Shown here: in pieces, positions 28,258-39,241 of the stretch
How positions within the stretch are numbered: the first letter of the stretch is position 1
Layout of the letters: each line of letters opens with the position of its first letter
Source: an uncultured Bacilli bacterium
GTDB taxonomy: Bacteria > Bacillota_I > Bacilli_A > RF39 > UBA660
Length of the DNA stretch: 63,272 bases
Assembly: GCA_947589515.1 (NCBI GenBank)
Contig: CANQBE010000003.1
Location: forward strand, 1 to 63,272
Direction: 5' to 3'
The notes under the pieces: model-generated
Databases searched by the model: none
Told to the model about the DNA's origin: nothing
Seen by the model: the letters and a program-made list of their open reading frames with translations, nothing else
Position numbers and translations under genes: made by a program

Positions 28258-29733
28258 ATGGATAAAAAAGAGATTATTAAAAATATTGCACTTCGTACAG
28301 GCGGAGATATTTATTTAGGAGTAGTAGGAGCAGTTCGTACTGGTAAAAGTACATTTATTAAAAAAGTTGTCGAAAATTTAATTGTTCCTAATATTGAAGA
28401 TGAATATGAAAGAAAAAGAGCATTAGATGAAGTGCCTCAGAGTGCAGCAGGAAAAACCATTATGACAACAGAACCGAAATTTGTTCCGAATACCGCTGCT
28501 AAGGTACAAATTGATGATTTTAGCTGTAATATTAGATTAATTGATTGTGTTGGTTATTTAATTGAAAATGCTAAAGGTGCTGAAGATGAAAATGGACCAA
28601 GACTAGTAAAAACTCCTTGGTATGATGATCCAATTGCCTTTAGTGAAGCAGCCGAAATAGGAACCGAAAAAGTAATTAAAGATCATTCAACAATTGGTAT
28701 TGTCGTAACGACAGATGGTTCGATTGGAGAATTTAATCGAAGTGATTATTTAGAGGCAGAAACTAGAGTAATTCGAGAACTAAAAGAACTAGGAAAACCA
28801 TTTATTGTAGTCATGAATTCTACTCATCCGATGGGACCAGAAACAGAGAAAATCTGTGAAAAATTAAAAGCAGAATATGATGTACCAGTACTACCTATGA
28901 ATATTGAAGACATGAATCAAAAGGATATGTATGATATTCTAAGAGAAGCTTTATATGAATTCCCTATTCTGGAAGTAAAAGTCAATATGCCAGAATGGAT
29001 AGCAATTTTAAATCCTAAGAATGAAATTAAGAAAAAATACATTGATGCCATTCGTGAAAGTGTAATTGAAATTGATAAATTACGGGATGTAGAAAAAATA
29101 AATGAGCATTTTATGGGAATTGATGTCATTTCAAAATCCTATTTATCAAATATTGATCCAGCAACAGGTGAAGTTACAATTAATTTAGAATCTCCAAGTG
29201 AACTTTATAATCAGGTATTAAGTGACATTATTCAAATTGATGTTACTAGTAAAGCCCAATTACTATCCTTATTTCAGGACTTTAATGAAGCAAAGCGTGA
29301 ATACGATCAAATTAAATATGCTCTAAAAATGGTAAAACAAACTGGATATGGTGTTGCTTCTCCTACCTTAGAAGATATGAAACTAGATACACCAGAAATT
29401 ACGAAACAGGGTCCTAGATATGGTGTAAAATTAAGAGCAACAGCACCATCCATTCATATGATTAGGGTAGATGTTAATTCTACTTTTGAACCAATCATTG
29501 GAAGTGAACTACAAAGTAAAGAATTAATTGATTATTTAATGAAAGATTACGATACCGATCCAAGTAATATTTGGAAAAGTGAAATTTTTGGTAGAAGTTT
29601 AGATGTCATTGTGCAAGAAGGAATTCAATCTAAAATTAGCATGATGCCAGATAATATTCGTTTTAAATTACAGAATACCTTAACTAAAATTGTAAATAAA
29701 GGTTCCAATAACATGATAGCATTTGTGTTATAA
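28258..29733 (+). CDS. spoIVA: Stage IV sporulation protein A (coat morphogenetic ATPase)
   Basis: GVVGAVRTGKSTFIK, LPQS-like VPQSAAGKTIMTTEPKFVP, IWKSEIFG. Confidence 0.98.
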   Translation: MDKKEIIKNIALRTGGDIYLGVVGAVRTGKSTFIKKVVENLIVPNIEDEYERKRALDEVPQSAAGKTIMTTEPKFVPNTAAKVQIDDFSCNIRLIDCVGYLIENAKGAEDENGPRLVKTPWYDDPIAFSEAAEIGTEKVIKDHSTIGIVVTTDGSIGEFNRSDYLEAETRVIRELKELGKPFIVVMNSTHPMGPETEKICEKLKAEYDVPVLPMNIEDMNQKDMYDILREALYEFPILEVKVNMPEWIAILNPKNEIKKKYIDAIRESVIEIDKLRDVEKINEHFMGIDVISKSYLSNIDPATGEVTINLESPSELYNQVLSDIIQIDVTSKAQLLSLFQDFNEAKREYDQIKYALKMVKQTGYGVASPTLEDMKLDTPEITKQGPRYGVKLRATAPSIHMIRVDVNSTFEPIIGSELQSKELIDYLMKDYDTDPSNIWKSEIFGRSLDVIVQEGIQSKISMMPDNIRFKLQNTLTKIVNKGSNNMIAFVL

Positions 29734-29737
29734 AGAA

Positions 29738-29760
29738 AAAGACTGATGATCAGTCTTTTA
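29738..29760. terminator. Bidirectional terminator between spoIVA and the convergent gene
   Basis: AAAAGACTGA-TGA-TCAGTCTTTT. Confidence 0.75.
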
Positions 29761-31095
29761 TTTATGGAAAACTTTGATTTCGTCTAAAACGAGAACATCT
29801 TCTTCTGATAATTCTCCACCATACCAATTGCCATTAGGTACAAAATGTGTTCTTTTTTGACAAGCTTTTTCTTTACTGCTCTCATCTAGATGATCAAAAT
29901 AGAAACTTGCTACAAAATTTAAACGATTATGTATAATATTTTCTGTATACAACATATCAATTGCAGCTTGATATCCTGGAAGTTCTGTCTTATCCATATC
30001 TAAATATTTTTGATAATCGCCACTAGCATAAACACTAAATTGACCATTACAAATACTTTGGTAATAAGGATTAGTACCCAAACCCTCTCCCATAATGGAA
30101 TCGATATAGGTACTCCAAGTAATACTATGAATTCGATTATAAATAGTATTGGTAGTAGCATAAGCATCTAAGTAAGAGTAAATATAGTTTTCTTCACTTT
30201 CTAAATCATAAGGCCTAGCCTCTGCTAAAATAATACTGGTTAAAATATTAAATTCTTCTTCTGTTAAGCCATATTTTGTTAAAATATATTGTATCTTTTC
30301 ATCTAAGGGAATTTCTCTAGCAAAGAAATTGGATTCATCAGGTGAATTTCCAAGTGCTATTTTTAATATTTCTAACTCATGAGAATAATTTTTTTGCATT
30401 TCAACCATAATTTTTTCTTCTAAACCGGCTGGTATCGAAGATTGTGTATCGCTGCCTTCTTCTATGATAATTTCTTCATCTTCCAATTCAGAATTGGTTT
30501 CTAACAAATTTTTAATATATAAGAAATCAACACAAGCCTGATAAGTAGGAGAACTTTTAAGATTTTCATTTAGATATTGTTTATAAAGTCCACTAGTATA
30601 GATTTCAAATCCATCTAAAGCAATACTTTGATGATATAAATTATTTCCATAATTAGAACCTAAAATTGAATTGATTTTCTGAATTAACCTTGCATCTTGG
30701 GTTCTATTATAAAGGCTATCGATTATTTGATATGCTTCATCATAATTTTTAGTTTCGCTTTTAATCAAAATAATAGAAACAATGGTATCTAACATATCTT
30801 CTGATAAGTTATCCCTCTGTAATATCAAGTTTACTTTTTGTTCGGTAGTAGGATTACTGATTGCAAGGATTTCCGTAGATTTTTCTTCTAAAGAATGATT
30901 GATAGTAGACTCTAATTCAATACGAAATTCATTTTTTAAACTTTGAATATGTTCAAATAAACCAATACTTCCCAAAGAAAGAGCCATTAAGAAAGAGCAG
31001 GAATAAATATTCAAATATTTTTGAATCGTAAAATATTTTAATTTTAATAATTCTCTTTTCTGGTTGATCTGATCAATGATAGCATCAATACTCAT
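29758..31095 (-). CDS. Membrane-anchored protein with two SleB/CwlJ (Hydrolase_2)-like domains, the first probably inactive
   Basis: TM near the N-terminus; IILAEA...NR...GQFSVY in domain 2 versus IILIKS...NR...GFEIY in domain 1; start reset to ATG 31095 (GGAGG). Confidence 0.55.
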   Translation of the reverse strand: MSIDAIIDQINQKRELLKLKYFTIQKYLNIYSCSFLMALSLGSIGLFEHIQSLKNEFRIELESTINHSLEEKSTEILAISNPTTEQKVNLILQRDNLSEDMLDTIVSIILIKSETKNYDEAYQIIDSLYNRTQDARLIQKINSILGSNYGNNLYHQSIALDGFEIYTSGLYKQYLNENLKSSPTYQACVDFLYIKNLLETNSELEDEEIIIEEGSDTQSSIPAGLEEKIMVEMQKNYSHELEILKIALGNSPDESNFFAREIPLDEKIQYILTKYGLTEEEFNILTSIILAEARPYDLESEENYIYSYLDAYATTNTIYNRIHSITWSTYIDSIMGEGLGTNPYYQSICNGQFSVYASGDYQKYLDMDKTELPGYQAAIDMLYTENIIHNRLNFVASFYFDHLDESSKEKACQKRTHFVPNGNWYGGELSEEDVLVLDEIKVFHK

Positions 31096-31197
31096 ATTTA
31101 TCCCTCCCCAACAAAAGTTGATTTTAAAGAATTTATCACGATTTGTCAAGTATTTTCTTTTAAAATATTTTATAGTATGATAATATCGGTGAAAGAA

Positions 31198-31656
31198 ATG
31201 AATTTACGGAAGCAAAAATATATTATTTTGGAATTAATTCCTACTGCAATAACCAAAGAAAAGGGAATATTAGTACAACTATCTGCCTTAAAATTAGATG
31301 GTCTCAAACTATTGGATCGTTTTGATTATCGTATTCAAGAAGAAAAAGTTCCCATTCGTGAATTAGTAGATATGTGCAGCTATGATAAAGAAGCATTTAT
31401 ATATGTAGATAGTACAGAAGAAATGCTAACTAAGTTTCAAGAATGGATTGAAGATTTTCCTTTATTAATCATCGATAATCTTTATACGAGAAATTATTTA
31501 ATAGATGTTCCTAATAGCAAGGAATCTGTCTTCTCTTATTTAAATATTGAAAATGATGAAGAAGCTATTCAAAACATGATTTCCAAATATCATTTGGAAT
31601 CTAGTAATTATATTGTTGATTTAATTTATGAAGCATTAATCCAAGAAATTGGCTAA
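31198..31656 (+). CDS. DnaQ/PolC-type DEDD exonuclease-like fold, probably inactive
   Basis: YIILELIPT...LVQLSALK...LDRF parallels yvvfDiETT...iieigAvk...idrF but lacks the Exo I acidic residues. Confidence 0.5.
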   Translation: MNLRKQKYIILELIPTAITKEKGILVQLSALKLDGLKLLDRFDYRIQEEKVPIRELVDMCSYDKEAFIYVDSTEEMLTKFQEWIEDFPLLIIDNLYTRNYLIDVPNSKESVFSYLNIENDEEAIQNMISKYHLESSNYIVDLIYEALIQEIG

Positions 31657-31778
31657 TCTATTGTGTATTTTCTGTAAAATTTTAGTCAAATTAGTTGATT
31701 TTATCATTATTTCATGCTATTCTTGAAATGTAAGCATGATATGTGCTTAATAAAATAATATATGGAGGTCATTTTAAC

Positions 31779-32051
31779 ATGAAAAAATCAGAATTAGTTG
31801 AAGCAGTAGCTGAAAAAGCAGGATTAACAAAAGCAGATGCAGATCGTGCAATCAAAGCTATTTGCGATGAAATCACAGGAGTATTAAAAAAAGGAGATAA
31901 AATTACTCTTCCAGGATTTGGAACTTTCTCAGTAAGCAAAAGAGCTGCTCGTGAAGGACGTAATCCACAAACTGGAGCAACAGTTAAAATTGCTGCTAGC
32001 AAATCTGCTAGATTCAAACAAAGCACAGCTTTAAAAGCAGTACTTAACTAA
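31779..32051 (+). CDS. hup: DNA-binding protein HU
   Basis: GFGTF...RAAREGRNPQTG; start ATG 31779 behind GGAGG. Confidence 0.98.
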   Translation: MKKSELVEAVAEKAGLTKADADRAIKAICDEITGVLKKGDKITLPGFGTFSVSKRAAREGRNPQTGATVKIAASKSARFKQSTALKAVLN

Positions 32052-32068
32052 TAGATAAATTAGTAGTA

Positions 32069-32100
32069 GAAAAAAGAATGACAAGGTTCATTCTTTTTTT
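32069..32100 (+). terminator. hup terminator
   Basis: AAAAAAGAATGA...TCATTCTTTTTT. Confidence 0.75.
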
Positions 32101-32153
32101 CTTAGTGTTAGTATTTTATATAAAAACATGGTATAATAACGTTAGGTGATACT

Positions 32154-33248
32154 ATGCATGATATAGCCTTAAAGTTAATTAAAAAGATAGAAGAAAATGG
32201 TTATGTGGCTTATATTGTTGGTGGATTTGTAAGAGATTATTTATTAAAAATACCATCTAGTGATATTGATATTTGTACCAATGCAACCCCTAGCCAAATT
32301 CGTACTATTTTTCCTCACTCATGCTTACCGAATGAAGCATATGGTTCCATTACTGTTATCTTAAAAAATGTTCATTTTGAAATCACAACCTTTCGTCGTG
32401 AAATTAGTTATATGAATAACCGTAAACCAATCGAATTTGAATATATTAATGACTTATATGAGGACTTAAAAAGAAGAGATTTTGTAATTAATACGATCTG
32501 TATGGATAAAGATGGTAACATTATCGATTTATTAAATGGACAAAAAGATTTAAAAAAAAGGGAAATTAATACAGTAGGAGATAGTTATCATAAATTTTTA
32601 GAAGATTCTCTGCGTATTTTAAGAGCAATCCGTTTCGCTACTATATTAAATTTTAGTCTAAGTGAGGATGTAAAAGAATCCATTCGGAATACAAAACAAC
32701 TAGTTCGTAACTTATCTTATCATCGTAAAAAAGAGGAATTAAATAAAATTTTTGCTAGTATCAATGTACGTTATGGCATCAAACTATTATTAGAACTCGG
32801 ATTAGATCAAGAACTAGAACTTAATAATTTAAAGAATATCAAAAATTTTGATGATTTAATGGGAATTTGGACACAGTTAAATGTAGATTCCCTATATCCA
32901 TTTACAAAAAATGAGAAAGAGATTATGAAACAAATCCGTACTGTTTTAAATCTGGATAATTTAGACCCATTAGTTCTATATCGTTATGGTTTATACGTAA
33001 ATAGCATTGCTGCTAGTATCAAAAATATCGATAAAAAAATAGTAACGCAAAAATATAATGCCCTACCAATAAAATCAAAAAATGAAATAGTAATCAATGG
33101 AAAAGATATCAGTAAATTATTAGATAAAAAGCCAGGATTATTTTTAAAAGAAATTATTAATGATATCGAAGAAAAGATAGTAACAAATCAATTATTAAAT
33201 GAAAAAAGTAAGATTGAAAATTATATCTTAGAACACTATCATGAGTAA
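32154..33248 (+). CDS. cca: CCA tRNA nucleotidyltransferase
   Basis: VGGFVRD, DIDI, EITTFR, RRDF.IN, ED.LRILRA.RF. Confidence 0.93.
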   Translation: MHDIALKLIKKIEENGYVAYIVGGFVRDYLLKIPSSDIDICTNATPSQIRTIFPHSCLPNEAYGSITVILKNVHFEITTFRREISYMNNRKPIEFEYINDLYEDLKRRDFVINTICMDKDGNIIDLLNGQKDLKKREINTVGDSYHKFLEDSLRILRAIRFATILNFSLSEDVKESIRNTKQLVRNLSYHRKKEELNKIFASINVRYGIKLLLELGLDQELELNNLKNIKNFDDLMGIWTQLNVDSLYPFTKNEKEIMKQIRTVLNLDNLDPLVLYRYGLYVNSIAASIKNIDKKIVTQKYNALPIKSKNEIVINGKDISKLLDKKPGLFLKEIINDIEEKIVTNQLLNEKSKIENYILEHYHE

Positions 33249-33960
33249 AAAAGAAATGGAGGAAGTTATGAAAAGTAGCAAATTAGTAGAAATCTTAAAG
33301 AAAAATAACTTTGTAGTACCTTTATATCTATTCCAATTAAGAAAGAAATTTAATTTGACATTAGAAGAATTTATTTTTCTGATTTATCTTACCAATTTAG
33401 GCACACAAATCATTTTTGATACCAATCGCCTCTCTCAAGATTTAGGAATGACGAAGGAAGAAGTACTATCACATATAGATACGTTAACCGAAAAAAATTA
33501 TATCAGTATTGAGGTTATTAAAAACGAAAAAAATGTGATGGAAGAATATATTGTATTAGATTTATTTTATGAAAAATTGACGAATATGATTATTGATGAT
33601 GTAAATCAAGCAAAGATGGAAGAAGAAAAAAATAGTAACATTTTTGAAGTGATTGAAAAAGAATTTGCACGACCACTAACTTCTATGGAATATGAAATTA
33701 TTAGTGCTTGGTTAGAAGATGGTACTAAAGAAGAATTAATTATAGAGGCATTAAAAGAAGCTGTATATAGTGGTGTATGCAATTTGCGATATATTGATAA
33801 AATTTTATATGAATGGGGTAAGAAAGGAATTAAAACACAACAAGATGTGGAAAATAATCGTTTAAAGTTTAAAGAAAAACAAGAGAAAAAAGAAAAGTTG
33901 GAGTTGTTTGAATATGACTGGTTTGAAGATGGAGAAGACGAAGAAGATACAGTTGATTGA
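33241..33960 (+). CDS. dnaD: DnaD replication protein
   Basis: Winged-helix N-domain; FARPLT.ME...EA......LRYIDKIL.EW C-domain. Confidence 0.9.
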   Translation: MSKKEMEEVMKSSKLVEILKKNNFVVPLYLFQLRKKFNLTLEEFIFLIYLTNLGTQIIFDTNRLSQDLGMTKEEVLSHIDTLTEKNYISIEVIKNEKNVMEEYIVLDLFYEKLTNMIIDDVNQAKMEEEKNSNIFEVIEKEFARPLTSMEYEIISAWLEDGTKEELIIEALKEAVYSGVCNLRYIDKILYEWGKKGIKTQQDVENNRLKFKEKQEKKEKLELFEYDWFEDGEDEEDTVD

Positions 33961-34567
33961 AAACTATTTAGATAGTTTATATCCGAATCCAAAATGTGAA
34001 TTAAATTACGAAAAAGATTATGAATTACTAATTGCGGTGGTATTAAGTGCGCAAGCAACGGATAAAAGTGTCAATTTAGTAACCAAAGTATTATTTCATC
34101 GATATCAAACATTAGAAGAATTAAAGAATGCTAAAATGGAAGATATAATAGATATCATTCGACCTATTGGTACTTATCATCGAAAAGCAACTTATGTATT
34201 AGAAATTGCGAATATTTTATGGAATCAATATGATGGCAAAGTTCCTAAGGACCGTCAAGCATTAGAAAGTATGCCAGGCGTTGGAAGGAAGGTAGCGAAT
34301 GTAATTTTAAGTGAATGGTTTCATGAAGATAATATTGCGGTAGATACGCATGTTGATAGAGTAAGTAAGAGATTAGGTCTTGCAAAAGAAAAAGATTCCG
34401 TTCTAGAAGTAGAAAAGAAACTTCAAAAGTTATATCAAAAAAATAATTGGAGTAAAAGACATTTACAAATGGTCTTATTTGGTAGATATCAATGTAAGAG
34501 TCAAAAGCCATTATGTGAAAACTGTTTACTCAAAGATATATGCAAAAAAAAGATTAGTAGCAACTAA
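33929..34567 (+). CDS. nth: Endonuclease III
   Basis: [13 protein letters not shown], Hh[15 protein letters not shown], and C-x6-C-x2-C-x5-C Fe-S motif. Confidence 0.96.
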   Translation: MEKTKKIQLIENYLDSLYPNPKCELNYEKDYELLIAVVLSAQATDKSVNLVTKVLFHRYQTLEELKNAKMEDIIDIIRPIGTYHRKATYVLEIANILWNQYDGKVPKDRQALESMPGVGRKVANVILSEWFHEDNIAVDTHVDRVSKRLGLAKEKDSVLEVEKKLQKLYQKNNWSKRHLQMVLFGRYQCKSQKPLCENCLLKDICKKKISSN

Positions 34568-34989
34568 TCTTTTTTTGAATTCTTTTTTGGTGTTTGGTTA
34601 TTTTTTAATAGATCTCTAATTTCTTCTAAAAGAAGAACTTCATCGCTCTTAGCAGGTTCTTTTTCTTGTTTTTCTTCTGCTTCTTTCTTTGCTTTATGAG
34701 TAAGTACATTGACTACTTTCACAAACATAAAAATACAGAAAGCAACAATTAAAAAGTCAAATACATTTTGAATAAAGTTACCATAGTAAATAATAGCATC
34801 TTTAAAATGTAATGTTAGACTAGTAAAATTAATACCACCTAGAATAACTCCAATAATTGGCATTAAAATATCATTTACCAAAGAAGATACAATTTTTCCA
34901 AAAGCAGAACCAATAATAACACCAACAGCTAAATCTACTACATTACCACGCGCAATAAATTCCTTAAATTCCTGTATAATTTTTTTCAT
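34564..34989 (-). CDS. mscL: Large-conductance mechanosensitive channel
   Basis: [29 protein letters not shown]. Confidence 0.98.
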   Translation of the reverse strand: MKKIIQEFKEFIARGNVVDLAVGVIIGSAFGKIVSSLVNDILMPIIGVILGGINFTSLTLHFKDAIIYYGNFIQNVFDFLIVAFCIFMFVKVVNVLTHKAKKEAEEKQEKEPAKSDEVLLLEEIRDLLKNNQTPKKNSKKD

Positions 34990-35083
34990 TTTTTCACTCC
35001 TTTTCCTATATTATAGCGATTTTATTTACTGTGGACAAGTTCTAGTTTATATTTTTTTTCATATATTTTAAAAGGTGATAACT

Positions 35084-35824
35084 ATGATACCTTTTATTTT
35101 AACCTTTTTAGCAGGATGTAGTACTTTAATTGGCTTTTTGTTTGTCTATTTGAAAGATAAATCCAATAAAGTATTAGTTTCGTCTTTAGCATTTGCAAGT
35201 GGAGTGATGCTTTTAATATCGATTTCGGATTTAATTCCATCCTCTTATACAAGTATCAGAGAAGTATACTATATGATACCGGCTTTTTTAATTTGCAGCG
35301 TTTTTGTAGTAATTGGAATAGTTCTATCCATGACGATTGATAAATATTTACCAGATAATACTTACCAAGATGCAACACTATATCGGGTAGGTATGATTTC
35401 TATGATTGCGATTATGCTACATAATATTCCGGAAGGTATTGCTACTTTCTTAACATCGAATCATGATATTACATTAGGTATTACTCTAGCAATAGCACTA
35501 GCCTTACATAATATTCCGGAAGGAATTAGCGTAGCAGTTCCGATCTATTATAGTACTGGTAGTAGAAAAAAGGCATTTCTGTATACTTTAGTATCAGGAA
35601 TGAGTGAATTTTTAGGCGCTATTGTCGCTTCTATATTTTTAGTGGGCTTTAGTAATGATTTCTTTATGGGGTGTTTGTATGCTATTATTGCTGGTATTAT
35701 GATGCATATTTCTATCTATGAATTATTGCCATCTAGTTTGAAATATAAACAAACAAAGCAAACATTCTTATTTTTTATAATCGGTATTCTTTTTATGTAT
35801 ATTAGTAGTTTATTGTTGCATTAA
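35084..35824 (+). CDS. zupT: ZIP-family metal transporter (ZupT-like)
   Basis: Multiple TM helices; LHNIPEG twice. Confidence 0.9.
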   Translation: MIPFILTFLAGCSTLIGFLFVYLKDKSNKVLVSSLAFASGVMLLISISDLIPSSYTSIREVYYMIPAFLICSVFVVIGIVLSMTIDKYLPDNTYQDATLYRVGMISMIAIMLHNIPEGIATFLTSNHDITLGITLAIALALHNIPEGISVAVPIYYSTGSRKKAFLYTLVSGMSEFLGAIVASIFLVGFSNDFFMGCLYAIIAGIMMHISIYELLPSSLKYKQTKQTFLFFIIGILFMYISSLLLH

Positions 35825-35849
35825 AAAAATCCCAAATGGGATTTTTTTT
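35823..35849. terminator. Bidirectional terminator between zupT and ponA
   Basis: AAAAAAATCCC-AAAT-GGGATTTTTTT. Confidence 0.75.
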
Positions 35850-38493
35850 ATGGGGTTGTAGTAGGACTAGTACTAGGTGATGGTGTAGCAGAAGGACTAG
35901 AACTTGGACTTGGACTAGTCGTTGGACTTGGTGAAGTAGAAGGAGAAGGACTTGGACTAACAGTTGGTTCTTTCTCTTTATACTCAAATTTATAAACAGC
36001 CGGATCACTTTGATTTCCTGAATATTTTTCAAATGTAGTAACAACTTTATAAGTTCCTGAAATATTAGAACTTGCTTCAATCGTATAAGAATTAGAAGTA
36101 GTAAAGTCTAATAAAATATCACCATAATATACATTATATCCGAAGGCACCAAAACTTTCATTTTCTGTTGGTGTATTTAACTTAGACCAACTAATCGTAA
36201 TCTTTTTTGTTTTTTCATTATAAGTTACTTTTAAATTTTTAACAGTAGCAAGTTTACTATATTTAGAAGATACATCTGTTGGTTCACTACCTTTAATGAA
36301 GTATTCGCATGTAATTTGATCTTGTGGAGTATTAGCACTAGGTAATGCTGGAGGATTGCTACCATTTTCTACACAGGCTTGAACAACATTGCTTGGTGGA
36401 GTAAAGGTTTTTCCACTATTTTTATTGAAAACAACATTTGCAATCGCTTTATATAATTTCGTTCTTTCTCTTACGGCAACCGTATCTACATTATAATGTT
36501 CACTAGTGATGGTATCATAACCGTACCACATAGATACAGCATATTCAGGATCGTATCCTACTACCCATGCATCTCTTGCGGTATTACCTGGTAAGTGAAG
36601 TCTTTCCCTGTCTTCATTACTTAAATTGGTAGTTCCTGTTTTAGCAGCTAAGTCTACACCATTCATTTTAACTCCACCAGCCATACCAGAATTAACAGAA
36701 GTTTTTAACATGTCAGTAATCATGAAAGCAGTTGCTTCACTCATAGCTTTTGTTTGCTTTGGTTCAAAAACTTTAGCAGTATTATCTTCACGATAAACAA
36801 TTTTATTGACAGTTAGTGGTTCTGTATAGGTACCACCATTGGCAAAAGCAGCATAGGCAGCAGCCATTTGTAAAGGAGTAGTTTTACTAAAAGCACCTAA
36901 AGCATGTGCTTCATAAATCTTTCCATTTTGAATATCAGGTGTAATTCCTAAATTAGTAGCAAATTCAATAATTTTTTGATTTCCTACTTGGTCTTGTACT
37001 GCTTGGAATGCTTTTAGTGCTGGTATATTTCTGGATTGAGAAAGAGCCGTTCTCATACTAATCCATCCCCAGAATTGACCATCGGAATTATTAATGGCTT
37101 GCCCAGAAGAGTAACTATGTGGTTCATCTAAAATTTGTGTATAAGTATTCCAACCTAAATACTCGATGGCAGGGCCATAATCAAATATTGGTTTTGCAGT
37201 AGATCCAATTTGTCTCGTTCCTTGAACAGCAAAATTATAATGTCCTAAGCTTCTGTTATGACCTGCTCCAATCGCTACAATTTTACCAGTAGCAACTTCA
37301 ACAACTGCAGAACCTGCTGTTACGGTATCATTTAACCAAGTATAACTACTACTTTGTCCATTAAAGATATCATCGATTCCTTTTTGTTTATTACGATCCA
37401 TATTCGTATATACAATGACAGGAGTAATCTTTGGATTAATACCATACTTATTTTCTAATTCCCATAATACCGTATCAATATATCCAGCATATTCAGATGT
37501 TCTAATGGTTTTGGTTAAAAGGGAAGTAACAGGAATGGAGTTCGCAATATCTGCTTCTTCTTGCGTAACATAACCTTGTCTTATCATAGAATTTAAAACT
37601 TCTGCTCTTCTAGATGCTGCTTTATCAGGATGAGAAAATGGATTATAAGCACCAGGTGCGTTAAACAAACCAACTAGTAAAGAAGCTTCGGATAAGTTTA
37701 AATCTCTAACACTTTTATCAAAGAAAGTTTGAGAAGCTTGCTCAACACCCCAAGCATTACTTCCAAGTTCTAGATTATTAGCATAATATTCAATAATTTC
37801 TTTTTTGGTAAAGTTTTTCTCTAATTTAAATACAGCAAGATAAATATCGGTAAACTTACGAATGATTCCATCTAATCCTCTTGTTTCACGACTGGTATAT
37901 GTATTTTTAATTAATTGCATTGATAAGGTAGAACCACCACCAGCATTACTTTTTCCTAAAATTTGACCAATACTTGCCTTAATAAAACGTGGAGCATCAA
38001 AACCATTATGTTGGAAAAATCTAGAATCTTCTGTTGCAACGAGAGCATCAATAAATACTTCAGGTAAATCATCGTAAGTAATATTCTCTCTCATTTCATC
38101 TCCTAGACGATAGAATTCTTCGCCTGTCGAATCTAGGAAAATAGATGCTTCTCTTTTTTCTAATTGCGTAATATCAAATTCAGGTGCTTTTTTCACAATC
38201 ATGACAATAAAAGCAGAAGCTAGTAAAGCAATGATAATTGCAATAATCAAAAAGAAAATCAAAATAATATTTAGAACTTTTCTTCTTTTAGGTTTGGATT
38301 TAATCTTATCTAAGAGTCTAGCAATACCTAAAATAATTAAAATACCTATTGTTAGTACACAAGTAAGTTCAAATCCCAATATAATATAACTTAAAGCTAG
38401 TATTACTAATAAAATGATGCCAATAATAATCATTGGTTTTTGTATTTTATGATGAGATCTTTTCGTTGTATGAGTTTTTTTTGATTTTGTCAT
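35848..38493 (-). CDS. ponA: Class A penicillin-binding protein (PBP1A) with Ser/Pro/Thr tail
   Basis: TEDSRF, GGSTLSMQLIKN transglycosylase motifs; STAK, SRN and KTGT transpeptidase motifs; (SP)n C-terminus. Confidence 0.95.
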   Translation of the reverse strand: MTKSKKTHTTKRSHHKIQKPMIIIGIILLVILALSYIILGFELTCVLTIGILIILGIARLLDKIKSKPKRRKVLNIILIFFLIIAIIIALLASAFIVMIVKKAPEFDITQLEKREASIFLDSTGEEFYRLGDEMRENITYDDLPEVFIDALVATEDSRFFQHNGFDAPRFIKASIGQILGKSNAGGGSTLSMQLIKNTYTSRETRGLDGIIRKFTDIYLAVFKLEKNFTKKEIIEYYANNLELGSNAWGVEQASQTFFDKSVRDLNLSEASLLVGLFNAPGAYNPFSHPDKAASRRAEVLNSMIRQGYVTQEEADIANSIPVTSLLTKTIRTSEYAGYIDTVLWELENKYGINPKITPVIVYTNMDRNKQKGIDDIFNGQSSSYTWLNDTVTAGSAVVEVATGKIVAIGAGHNRSLGHYNFAVQGTRQIGSTAKPIFDYGPAIEYLGWNTYTQILDEPHSYSSGQAINNSDGQFWGWISMRTALSQSRNIPALKAFQAVQDQVGNQKIIEFATNLGITPDIQNGKIYEAHALGAFSKTTPLQMAAAYAAFANGGTYTEPLTVNKIVYREDNTAKVFEPKQTKAMSEATAFMITDMLKTSVNSGMAGGVKMNGVDLAAKTGTTNLSNEDRERLHLPGNTARDAWVVGYDPEYAVSMWYGYDTITSEHYNVDTVAVRERTKLYKAIANVVFNKNSGKTFTPPSNVVQACVENGSNPPALPSANTPQDQITCEYFIKGSEPTDVSSKYSKLATVKNLKVTYNEKTKKITISWSKLNTPTENESFGAFGYNVYYGDILLDFTTSNSYTIEASSNISGTYKVVTTFEKYSGNQSDPAVYKFEYKEKEPTVSPSPSPSTSPSPTTSPSPSSSPSATPSPSTSPTTTP

Positions 38494-39092
38494 TATGATA
38501 CCTCCATATTTTTATCTAAACTTTTTTTAATAATTTCCAAATAATCTAATCTTGGAGCATATTTCTCATTGATTTCATGACCTTTTTTTAGAAAATATTC
38601 ATAAGGAATGGATTTTCTAGTTGTATGATCAATATAAGAAAAGAAGTCTTCTGCAAAAAGTAGAAAGGTCTTATTATATTCTATAAAACGAATAATTAAA
38701 AAACCAATTCCACCATTTTCTATAATATTACGTAAATGATTCATTTGATGAGGATGGATATTTTCTAAAGGAAAGTAACTTTTATTATTCGTTTCTTTTG
38801 CTTCAAAATCGATGTATTTTCCTTGATATAGTCCATTATAATCTGTAGTAGACGGTGCTTCGAAATAAGCCTCTTTAATGGTAATTCTACCAGTTTTATT
38901 CGTTTTACTAGGGTAGTTTACTTTTAGAATTTTGATTGGTGTTGGTTTTTTATAGATAAAGGCTTGCTTGGTATCAATATAATATTGATTAGAAATATTG
39001 ATATCATTTTCCAAACTCATACCACGATTATTATGGAATACCTGCTTTTTATTTAAAATTTCTTTTAGTGATACTTGATTATTATATTCCAT
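38493..39092 (-). CDS. recU: Holliday junction resolvase RecU
   Basis: NRGMSLE, KKPTP, STTDYNG.Y.G.YIDFEAKET, HQ; upstream of ponA as in Bacillus. Confidence 0.97.
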   Translation of the reverse strand: MEYNNQVSLKEILNKKQVFHNNRGMSLENDINISNQYYIDTKQAFIYKKPTPIKILKVNYPSKTNKTGRITIKEAYFEAPSTTDYNGLYQGKYIDFEAKETNNKSYFPLENIHPHQMNHLRNIIENGGIGFLIIRFIEYNKTFLLFAEDFFSYIDHTTRKSIPYEYFLKKGHEINEKYAPRLDYLEIIKKSLDKNMEVS

Positions 39093-39241
39093 TCAATCAC
39101 CTATATCATATTATACTATATTTATGATATTTTTCCAACTTTTTTCATGAATGTTTTTTGTAAGATATTTTATCTAGTTTTGTCGAATTTATGATTTTCT
39201 TTTGTTTTCTTTTTATAATAAACACTAGGAGGGTAAAGAAG

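Noticed and set aside
35848-35970. Ser/Pro/Thr repeat at the PonA C-terminus as a novel repeat element
   Set aside because: Low-complexity C-terminal tails are common on class A PBPs of Bacillota.
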